Below are positions 17,201-23,417 of a stretch of 23,417 bases of DNA, piece after piece. The notes under the pieces were generated by a model that saw only the letters and a program-made list of their open reading frames with translations, was not told the DNA's origin and did not search any database. The position numbers and the translations under genes were made by a program. This stretch comes from Casimicrobiaceae bacterium (GTDB lineage Bacteria; Pseudomonadota; Gammaproteobacteria; Burkholderiales; Casimicrobiaceae), in NCBI GenBank assembly GCA_036825435.1, contig DAISYG010000025.1, forward strand, positions 1-23,417, read 5' to 3'. How positions within the stretch are numbered: the first letter of the stretch is position 1; every line of letters begins with the position of its first letter.

Positions 17201-17216
17201 TGCCAGTTCTGTGCCA
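17201..17216 (-). promoter_or_regulatory. Sigma54 (RpoN) promoter driving the rtc operon leftwards, presumably activated by RtcR.
   Basis: The minus strand reads TTGGCACAGAACTGGCAAT. The -24 element TGGCAC and the -12 element TGGCA, separated by 5 nt, match the consensus TGGCAC-N5-TTGCA at 9 of 10 core positions. It lies about 145 nt upstream of the divergent rtcR start, with an AT-rich region in between. Confidence 0.6.
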
Positions 17217-17360
17217 ATAAATCGCTGACGCTGAAAATAACTGCAAGTCTTTGTATTAACAGATATAAAATTTTTTCATGAGTTTCTGCTATCAAATTTC
17301 CCCATTCATTTTTCTATTTTTGCTAGAATATTTGATATATTTTTATATAAAATGATAATC

Positions 17361-18950
17361 ATGAAGAAGACGGTGGTCATCGGTTTTCTCGGCACGCAGC
17401 TCGACAATGGCGGACGCGGCAGCGACCGTTGGAAAAAATGGCGCCCCAGCATCGCCATCTGCCAGCAGGAAAATCTGCCCGTACATCGGATTGAGTTGAT
17501 TCACGATGCACGCAGCCGCAGTCTGGCGGGGCGCGTCGCCGAGGACATCGTTTCGGTATCGCCACACACCGAGGTGCGGCACATCGAAAAACAATTACGC
17601 GACCCCTGGGACTTTGAAGAGGTCTATACGCTGTTGCTTGATCTGGCGCGCTCGTACCCGTTCGACACCGAAAACGAAAACTATCTGATTCACATCACCA
17701 CCGGCACGCACGTCGCGCAGATCTGCTGGTATCTGCTCACCGAAGCACATTATTTTCCAGCGCAACTGTTGCAGGCATCGCCACCACTCAACCGTAAAGG
17801 CGTGCTCGACCGTGCAGGCACGCATGCGATTATTGATCTGGATCTTTCCCGCTACGACAAAATCGCACAGCGTTTTCGCGTCGAGCAAGCCGATACCGTC
17901 AGCCGCCTCAAGTCCGGCATTGCCACACGCAACCCCGCGTTCAATACCATGATCGAACGCATTGAGCGGGTGGCCGGACGTTCGCGCGCGCCGATGCTGC
18001 TGGTCGGCCCCACCGGAGCGGGCAAATCATTCCTCGCGCAACGCGTTTATGAATTGAAACGTGAGCGACAACAACTCAAAGGCCGCTTCGTCGAAGTCAA
18101 CTGTGCCACGCTGCGCGGAGATGCTGCGATGTCGGCATTGTTCGGCCACGTCAAAGGCGCGTTTACCGGCGCACAGTCGGAACGCGCCGGGTTGCTGCGC
18201 TCGGCGCACGGCGGCGTGCTGTTCCTCGACGAAATCGCCGAACTGGGACAGGACGAACAGGCGATGCTGCTCAAGGCCATTGAGGAAAAACACTTTCTTC
18301 CGTTCGGTGGCGACAACGAGGTCAGCAGCGATTTCCAACTCATCGCCGGTACGCACCGCGATTTGAGGCAGCGCGTTCGTGAAGGACTTTTCCGCGAAGA
18401 TTTGTACGCCCGCATCAACCTGTGGACGTTCACCCTGCCCGGTCTTGCCAAACGCACCGAAGATATCGAGCCGAACCTGGATTACGAACTTGAGCGTTAC
18501 GCATGCGATTACGGTGTACAGGTTCGCTTCAATGTCGAAGCGCGCCGCCATTACCTGACATTCGCCTGCTCCACCGAAGCGCAATGGCCCGGCAACTTTC
18601 GTGAATTGACTTCCAGCGTTACCCGCATGGCAACGCTATCGACGGGTGGGCGCATCACCGAGCAAGATGTTCTCGATGAAATCGCCCGTTTGCGCGAAAG
18701 CTGGCACGAGCCTGCCCGTGCGGATCAGGTTGCCGTCGTGCTGGGCGATGCTGCACAGACCATCGACCTGTTTGACCGCTGCCAGCTCAATACCGTACTG
18801 CGGGTTTGCCACGACAGCCGAACCCTGTCAGAAGCCGGACGCACCTTGTTCGCTGCGTCGCGTCAACACAAAAAACAAACCAATGACGCCGACCGCCTGC
18901 GCAAATATCTGCTGCGCTTCGGACTGGATTGGGAGGCGGTACATCGGTGA
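17361..18950 (+). CDS. rtcR: RtcR: sigma54-dependent transcriptional activator with an N-terminal CARF domain, an AAA+ domain and a C-terminal HTH.
   Basis: The N-terminus MKKTVVIGFLGTQLDNGGRGSDRWKKWRPSIAICQQ...YLIHITTGTHVAQICWYLL is collinear with E. coli RtcR. Walker A GPTGAGKS. Sigma54-interaction motif GAFTGA. The ORF track starts at 17352 (MIIMKK...). 17361 matches the E. coli start and gives 529 aa. Confidence 0.9.
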   Translation: MKKTVVIGFLGTQLDNGGRGSDRWKKWRPSIAICQQENLPVHRIELIHDARSRSLAGRVAEDIVSVSPHTEVRHIEKQLRDPWDFEEVYTLLLDLARSYPFDTENENYLIHITTGTHVAQICWYLLTEAHYFPAQLLQASPPLNRKGVLDRAGTHAIIDLDLSRYDKIAQRFRVEQADTVSRLKSGIATRNPAFNTMIERIERVAGRSRAPMLLVGPTGAGKSFLAQRVYELKRERQQLKGRFVEVNCATLRGDAAMSALFGHVKGAFTGAQSERAGLLRSAHGGVLFLDEIAELGQDEQAMLLKAIEEKHFLPFGGDNEVSSDFQLIAGTHRDLRQRVREGLFREDLYARINLWTFTLPGLAKRTEDIEPNLDYELERYACDYGVQVRFNVEARRHYLTFACSTEAQWPGNFRELTSSVTRMATLSTGGRITEQDVLDEIARLRESWHEPARADQVAVVLGDAAQTIDLFDRCQLNTVLRVCHDSRTLSEAGRTLFAASRQHKKQTNDADRLRKYLLRFGLDWEAVHR

Positions 18951-19192
18951 ACGCTCCCTGGAAAGTAAAAGCGTTCATTCAGAAAGTTGATCGTTCAAGT
19001 GCACTATTTTTCTCTCGAAAGACAGCAACACAAACGTTTTCAAACACCAATAAATATTAAAAAATTATCGCTTTCCCGCCATTGTGATATGAACTGTTTC
19101 CAGATGCCAACAAAACGTCATGGAAAAGTATGGCAACCAGTGCCATCATCGTAGTGCGCTCATTTGAACGCCATTTGAAAACAGAGGATGAC

Positions 19193-19399
19193 ATGAAAAA
19201 CGAAACCGACATCGAAAAATTAGAAACAAAACTGGCGAAATACACGGTTCAAACGGAGCTGGCAAACCAGAAACTCGTTAAATTGTGCAAAATCATAAAT
19301 AGCTTGGTCGATTCATTGTCTTTTGATGATTCGATTACCGAACGCCAATACAATCGGATCAAAACGGAACTCAATCAGATCGAATCGTCATTGAACTGA
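19193..19399 (+). CDS. Small hypothetical coiled-coil protein (68 aa) in an AT-rich islet
   Basis: SD GAGG 6 nt upstream of ATG 19193. The ORF track starts further upstream at 19130. The composition is heptad-like (EKLETKLAKYTVQTELANQKLVKLCKIINSLVDSL). A strong terminator follows. Local GC is much lower than in the rest of the window. Confidence 0.35.
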   Translation: MKNETDIEKLETKLAKYTVQTELANQKLVKLCKIINSLVDSLSFDDSITERQYNRIKTELNQIESSLN

Positions 19400-19429
19400 T
19401 TTCAAGCAGACACGAACCAATTCCCACCA

Positions 19430-19461
19430 AGCCTGCCGGAAAATCCCGGCAGGCTTTTTGT
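19430..19461 (+). terminator. Rho-independent terminator after the small ORF
   Basis: AGCCTGCCGG-aaaatc-CCGGCAGGCT followed by TTTTGTT. Confidence 0.6.
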
Positions 19462-19560
19462 TGAACGCGTCAAAAAGCAATTATTTGCTTATCAGACCGT
19501 ATTCCGTCGGTTCGTTTTGTTTTTCAGTTTTCAAGGTATCAATACTTTTTTTGAAGAAGG

Positions 19561-20130
19561 CTAAATTTCCAACCGTTCCTCGTTCAACGTCGGCTCGCCA
19601 ATCCCTCGGTTGCAGATGCACAGTGCGCCCGTTTGCAACGCATCGAGAATGCGCAGTGTTTCTTCCGGATTGCGCCCGACGTCAAGGTTGTTGACTGAAA
19701 CGTGTTGAATAATGTTGCCGGGATCGACAATGAACGTCGCGCGAAATGCAACACCCGTTTTGGAATCACGGACGCCCAACTGATCGATCAAAGCCCCCAT
19801 GGGGTCGGCAAATTGCCAGTGCGCCAGTTTATCCAAATCAGCATGGTCTCGCCGCCACGCCAGCTTGGCGTACTCGTTATCAAGAGAACCGCCGATCAGG
19901 ACCGCGTTGCGATCCAAAAATTCTTTGGACAGTTTGTTGAAAGCGATGATTTCCGTCGGGCAAATGAAGGTGAAATCCTTGGGATAAAAATAAAGTGTTT
20001 TCCATTTGCCGGGAAACGATTTTTCGTTGACGGGCGTAAAAGCCGACACACCGTTTTCTTCCGGATGGTTAAACCCGGGTTTCACGCCCATGACTTCAAA
20101 CGCTTCCAATTTCTCGCCGATTGTTTTCAT
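19561..20130 (-). CDS. ahpC: Peroxiredoxin of the AhpC/TSA family (alkyl hydroperoxide reductase subunit C-like)
   Basis: 189 aa. Peroxidatic Cys motif FYPKDFTFICPTE. C-terminal resolving Cys region GALCICN...GEPTL. SD AGGAGTG upstream. Confidence 0.85.
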   Translation of the reverse strand: MKTIGEKLEAFEVMGVKPGFNHPEENGVSAFTPVNEKSFPGKWKTLYFYPKDFTFICPTEIIAFNKLSKEFLDRNAVLIGGSLDNEYAKLAWRRDHADLDKLAHWQFADPMGALIDQLGVRDSKTGVAFRATFIVDPGNIIQHVSVNNLDVGRNPEETLRILDALQTGALCICNRGIGEPTLNEERLEI

Positions 20131-20301
20131 CGTTCACTCCTGTTTTGGTCTTATATGGTGAAAAAGGTACGCCGATCATACCCGAACGGCGCATATTCAA
20201 ACGATGATTTTACGAAACGCGCGTTCTGGAGCGCTTTGTTACGCCCGAGCAGAATCGCGCGGGCGCAAAGAGAATAGAAACTGTGATTTGAAGAGCGCGT
20301 T

Positions 20302-20781
20302 TTACGCGGATAAGCGAATGTTTTCTTCCGCCGGTAATTGGATGCCGTCAACCCATTCCTTCTGCAAAGTACCTTCACTTTTGATTTTGTGAATCAGATG
20401 TGCGCAGGTATGGCACATGGTTTTGATTTGCTCCGGATCGCGCGTCCAGTACAAAACCCGCTTGCCTTCGCGTTTGCGACTCACCAGCCCCGCCTGATGC
20501 AAGAGCGCCAAGTGACGGGAAACATTGGTTTGTGTTGCTTTGGTTGCTTCGACAATATCCGTCACCGAGCGCTTTTTCTGACAGGAAAAGTGCAGGATTT
20601 TCATCCGCGTGGGATCGGAAAGCAGCGAAAAATAGCGGGAAACGGCGTCAAAAACGCGCGCCATTTCGGGGGAAGACGTATCCGGACGCACGCGACCTTT
20701 GTCATCAATCGTGGTCGGAACCGAACGTTCGATCATATCGGTCACATCCGAAATACTCAGAATATTGTTGGCTTCTGACAT
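20302..20781 (-). CDS. ArsR/SmtB-family HTH transcriptional regulator with an N-terminal extension of about 60 aa, immediately upstream of ahpC.
   Basis: The HTH region DPTRMKILHFSCQKKRSVTDIVEATKATQTNVSRHLALLHQAGLVSRKREGKRVLY is typical of ArsR. An ATG start at 20781 (MSEANN...) gives 159 aa. The ORF track uses a TTG at 20805. Confidence 0.75.
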   Translation of the reverse strand: MSEANNILSISDVTDMIERSVPTTIDDKGRVRPDTSSPEMARVFDAVSRYFSLLSDPTRMKILHFSCQKKRSVTDIVEATKATQTNVSRHLALLHQAGLVSRKREGKRVLYWTRDPEQIKTMCHTCAHLIHKIKSEGTLQKEWVDGIQLPAEENIRLSA

Positions 20782-20906
20782 GTTATGTTCATCCAGTAAT
20801 AACAAGGAGGATTATACTCCATATGACGCCCGAGCGACGTTCTGCGCCGTGTCGGTTCGTATTATAAGCCAGATAAACCGCAAAAAAACGTGCCATTTAT
20901 GGAGGA

Positions 20907-21229
20907 TGGTGGGCCCCCTGGGAGTCGAACCCAGCACCAACGGATTATGCGTCCCACTACGGCTTTCACCGCCCCTTTCGGGTTTGTAGGCTGGACTGTC
21001 TCTTGTCTTTACGACTCGCCCGTTCAGTCTCTACACCTTCCCGCCGTTTGCGGCGGGCTTGGCTCGGGATTGCCACGTGTCGGCCACAGAGGGTTCCCCG
21101 AATTTGAGCGATTCTACGACGACGCAGAGTGAACTTACCTCGCCGCAACCCAAAAACAGCGCCATGCGGTGAACGTTTAGGCGCTGTTCGTCAAGTCCGC
21201 TGCTCTAACCATGCATGAGCTAGAGGCCC
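20907..21229 (-). tRNA. tRNA(CAU) gene (tRNA-Ile2/Met-like) interrupted in the anticodon loop by a group I intron of about 244 nt. The exons are 21229-21194 and 20949-20907.
   Basis: 5' exon (minus strand): GGGCCTC-TA-GCTC-ATGCATGGTTA-GAGC-A-GCGGA-CT. 3' exon: CATAA-TCCGT-TGGTG-CTGGG-TTCGACT-CCCAG-GGGGCCC-A-CCA. Joining them gives a 79-nt tRNA with a 7/7 acceptor stem (one G-U pair), a canonical D-arm and T-arm, and anticodon loop CUCAUAA. It is overall very similar to E. coli tRNA-Ile2 (ileX). The 5' exon ends in U and the intron ends in G, as group I splicing requires. Confidence 0.75.
20950..21193 (-). ncRNA. Group I self-splicing intron (subgroup IC3-like, the Azoarcus/cyanobacterial tRNA-intron type). 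It has no ORF.
   Basis: The intron (minus strand) contains TCAAATTCGG, GGCAAT...CCGAGCCAAGC and GAAGGTGTAGAGACTGAACGG. These correspond to the conserved J3/4-P4, P6-P7 and J8/7-P7 core segments of the Azoarcus tRNA-Ile intron. A P2-like hairpin ACAGCGCC...GGCGCTGT sits near the 5' end. The terminal nucleotide is G. The exact splice junctions are provisional. Confidence 0.75.
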
Positions 21230-21303
21230 GTATTTCATGTTTTGAAAAGCAAGGCGATGTTACCACCTCGCTCCGTTTTTTCCAACGCAAACCCGATGCG
21301 TCG

Positions 21304-21969
21304 TCAGCGCACCGTCAGCGTTTGCACGCCGTCAGCACCACCGATCAGAATCACATCGGCGCCGCGACGAGCAAAAATACCGACGGTCACGACACCCGGA
21401 ATTTGATTGATCGCGGCTTCCATTTCAACCGGATTGACCAGATCCAAACCGCGCACATCCAGAACCGTGTTGCCGTTATCCGTCACCACGCCACTGCGCC
21501 ATTCAGGTTGCCCGCCCAAACGCGCCAACTCGCGCGCAACAAAGCTGCGCGCCATCGGGATCACTTCCACCGGTAACGGAAACTGCCCGAGCACCGGCAC
21601 AAGTTTTGACTGATCGACGATGCACACGAACTTTTGCGCCACCTGCGCGATGACTTTTTCGCGCGTCAACGCACCGCCACCACCTTTGATCATCGCGCCA
21701 TGTTTGGTGACTTCATCCGCGCCGTCGATGTACACCGGCAGATCGTTAACGTTGTTCAATTCTTCAACGCGGATATTGTGTTTTTTCAACAGCGTCGTCG
21801 TTTTTTCCGAACTGGACACCGCGCCGTGAATGGCGCCTTTCCGCTTCTCCGCCAACGCTTCGATAAAATATTCGACCGTGCTGCCCGTACCAACACCCAA
21901 CCAAGCATCATCCTCAATGTAGCGCAACGCCGCTTCGGCGACAGCGCGTTTTTGTTCATTCTGCGACAT
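21304..21969 (-). CDS. rpiA: Ribose-5-phosphate isomerase A
   Basis: 222 aa from the ATG at 21969 ([15 protein letters not shown]...), with a GAGG SD 9 nt upstream. Motifs [14 protein letters not shown] and [11 protein letters not shown] are diagnostic for RpiA. Confidence 0.9.
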   Translation of the reverse strand: MSQNEQKRAVAEAALRYIEDDAWLGVGTGSTVEYFIEALAEKRKGAIHGAVSSSEKTTTLLKKHNIRVEELNNVNDLPVYIDGADEVTKHGAMIKGGGGALTREKVIAQVAQKFVCIVDQSKLVPVLGQFPLPVEVIPMARSFVARELARLGGQPEWRSGVVTDNGNTVLDVRGLDLVNPVEMEAAINQIPGVVTVGIFARRGADVILIGGADGVQTLTVR

Positions 21970-22160
21970 CTTTTTTTCCTCACTCATAAGATGAAACAAC
22001 TTCTGTCATGGTACACCATCGCCCGGATGCTTCGTAGATTTGTCATGGTTTTGCCGCATTTATCGTGCACAATCAACGCATGTTTTTTGTCACTGCCCGC
22101 CAATGATTTACTCGCTCTTTGTCGATGTCCTTATAATGTTGGCTTTTTACTGAATTGATT

Positions 22161-23303
22161 ATGTCGCGCTTCCTTACCGCTTTCCTCCTCGCCCTTTCCT
22201 TCACCGTCTCCGCGCAAACCGCGCCGCCAATTGCCGCCGCGCTGCCTGCGCCAACGATTGACGCCACATCGTATCTGCTCGTGGATGTCGCCAGCAATCA
22301 AGTGCTGCTCGCGCACAACAGCGACGAGCCGCGCGAACCCGCGTCGCTGACCAAGCTGATGACGGCTTACCTTGCCTTCACGGCGTTACGCGAGCAAACG
22401 ATCCGTCTCGATCAAACCGTCAAAATTTCCGAAAACGCCAAAAAAGCGATCGGCTCACGAATGTTCGCCGACCCACGCGTTCCGGTTTCGGTCGATGAAC
22501 TGCTGCACGGCATGATCATCCAGTCTGGCAACGACGCCTCCATCGCGTTGGCAGAACTGCTCGCCGGTGATGAAGCCGCATTTGCCGCAATGATGAACGA
22601 ACAAGCGAAGAAACTGGGCATGACCAAAACGCATTTCGTCAACAGCACCGGTTTGCCTGATCCGCAACATTATTCCACCGCCGCCGATATGGCGAAGCTG
22701 GCGATTGCGGTCATCAACGACTTCCCCGAATACTATCCGCTGTATTCACAAAAGGAATACACCTACAACAAAATCACGCAGCAGAACCGCAATCGCCTGC
22801 TCAAAACCGACCCTTATGTGGACGGCGTGAAAACCGGCTACACCGACAGCGCCGGCTGGTGTTTGATTGCGTCGGCGAAGCGCGGCGAACGACGCTTACT
22901 TTCGGTCGTAATGGGTGCGGCATCCGACGCGGCGCGCGCGGCAGAAAATCAGAAGCTACTCAACTGGGGCTATCAGGCGTTTGATGTTGTGCAGCTTTTC
23001 TCGGCAGAGCAATCCGTTTCAAAAATCCGCGTTTGGAAAGGTGATGCGCCCGAGGTCAACGTCGGTTTGGCGAAGCCTGCTTATTTATCCGTGCCTAAAG
23101 GTCAGGGCGACAAACTCAAATCCAAGATGGAAGCACAAACGCCTCTTGCTGCGCCCGTGAACAAAGGACAGGTCGTTGGCAAAGTACTGGTGCAGTTTGA
23201 TGATAAATCCGTCGTTGAACTGCCGTTGACCGCGCTCGACGATGTGCCACCCGGTGGTTTTTTCCGTCGTGCGTGGGATGCCATGCGGCTTTGGTTTCAA
23301 TAA
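22161..23303 (+). CDS. dacC: D-alanyl-D-alanine carboxypeptidase (PBP5/6 family, S11 serine peptidase)
   Basis: Signal peptide MSRFLTAFLLALSFTVSA. Active-site motifs SLTK (SxxK), SGN and KTG(YT). A C-terminal PBP5-type beta-sandwich domain. The ATG at 22161 is preferred over the TTG at 22155 given by the ORF track. Confidence 0.9.
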   Translation: MSRFLTAFLLALSFTVSAQTAPPIAAALPAPTIDATSYLLVDVASNQVLLAHNSDEPREPASLTKLMTAYLAFTALREQTIRLDQTVKISENAKKAIGSRMFADPRVPVSVDELLHGMIIQSGNDASIALAELLAGDEAAFAAMMNEQAKKLGMTKTHFVNSTGLPDPQHYSTAADMAKLAIAVINDFPEYYPLYSQKEYTYNKITQQNRNRLLKTDPYVDGVKTGYTDSAGWCLIASAKRGERRLLSVVMGAASDAARAAENQKLLNWGYQAFDVVQLFSAEQSVSKIRVWKGDAPEVNVGLAKPAYLSVPKGQGDKLKSKMEAQTPLAAPVNKGQVVGKVLVQFDDKSVVELPLTALDDVPPGGFFRRAWDAMRLWFQ

Positions 23304-23417
23304 TCGCCGGATTCCTCTTTATCTTGCCCCCGCTCGCAACACTCTTCAAGAGTTTTTAGGAAGCTTGGATTCAACCACGAAGTGCAATTTTGACAACAGG
23401 AAGAAGGGTCAGGATGC

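Noticed and set aside
20823-20867. 14-codon ORF (MTPERRSAPCRFVL) preceded by a perfect AAGGAGG on the + strand, between the ArsR-family gene and the intron-containing tRNA gene
   Set aside because: The AAGGAGG is the complement of the anti-SD-like region around the regulator's TTG start and sits 11 nt from the ATG. It is probably coincidental. I keep it only as a remote leader-peptide possibility.
20907-21000. The T-arm plus acceptor GGGGCCC-A-CCA 3' end without an adjacent 5' half looked like the tRNA-like domain of a tmRNA (ssrA).
   Set aside because: No tmRNA-like 5' end (GGGG...GATTCGACG) or tag-reading frame lies upstream. A complete tRNA 5' half that pairs perfectly with this acceptor strand lies 244 nt away, and the intervening sequence has group I intron core motifs. 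A split tRNA with an intron explains everything.
1-23417. Searched for the Neisseria DNA uptake sequence GCCGTCTGAA/TTCAGACGGC and dialect variants, to test a Neisseria origin suggested by comEA and the dRS3-like repeat
   Set aside because: I found no exact copy by eye. The nearest is GCGTCTGAA at 760-768, which is the tRNA-fMet leader. The terminators are not DUS pairs. A taxonomic assignment to Neisseria proper is therefore not supported, and only a loose Neisseriaceae-like hint remains.
1-23417. CRISPR arrays, rRNA genes, transposase or integrase genes
   Set aside because: I saw no regularly spaced direct repeats, rRNA signatures or transposase/integrase-like ORFs. The only repeat elements are the MITE-like inverted repeat at 15075-15220 and the long-range inverted repeat at 16875-17156.

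Overview
This 23.4-kb chromosomal window comes from a proteobacterium of about 50-55% GC. The small ComEA and a neisserial dRS3-like repeat (ATTCCC-N8-GGGAAT) hint at a Neisseriaceae-like beta-proteobacterium, but I found no canonical DUS.

Housekeeping and accessory genes that I can support:
- comEA, followed by a tRNA-fMet transcribed from a perfect sigma70 promoter, and a tRNA-Ser(GGA).
- A pepSY / OmpR-family response regulator / sensor kinase operon; the kinase has a strongly acidic periplasmic domain.
- A 12-TM membrane protein, maeB, a CcmI-like TPR protein, a HemY-type FAD oxidase, and an AnsP/AroP-like amino-acid permease.
- ahpC with an ArsR-family regulator immediately upstream, rpiA, and a PBP5/6-type D-Ala-D-Ala carboxypeptidase.

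Two features stand out.

1. A non-canonical RNA-repair module under RtcR control (12.5-19 kb).
- RtcR is the activator, with a CARF domain, an AAA+ sigma54-interaction domain and an HTH. It diverges from a very good sigma54 promoter (TGGCAC-N5-TGGCA).
- That promoter should drive a structured leader of about 640 nt. The leader contains a 22-bp long-range inverted repeat enclosing about 235 nt.
- Further into the leader there is a near-canonical but aberrant tRNA-like element. It has G33, anticodon AGG, no encoded CCA, and an extra T-arm hairpin in front.
- The protein genes then run: a cytoplasmic SPFH/band-7 protein with a novel N-terminal domain, a dRS3/NIME-like MITE, a Zn-ribbon protein translationally coupled to RtcB, an intact RtcB (PDVHLGKG and SHGAGR motifs), and an overlapping Pol-beta-type nucleotidyltransferase.
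- No RtcA and no Rsr/TROVE gene are present.

2. A tRNA(CAU) gene split by a group I intron (20907-21229, minus strand).
- The intron is about 244 nt. It carries the core motifs of the Azoarcus/cyanobacterial IC3 tRNA introns: TCAAATTCGG, CCGAGCCAAGC and GAAGGTGTAGAGACT.
- The tRNA is tRNA-Ile2/Met-like. Removing the intron restores a canonical CUCAUAA anticodon loop.

I found no CRISPR array, rRNA gene or obvious transposase.
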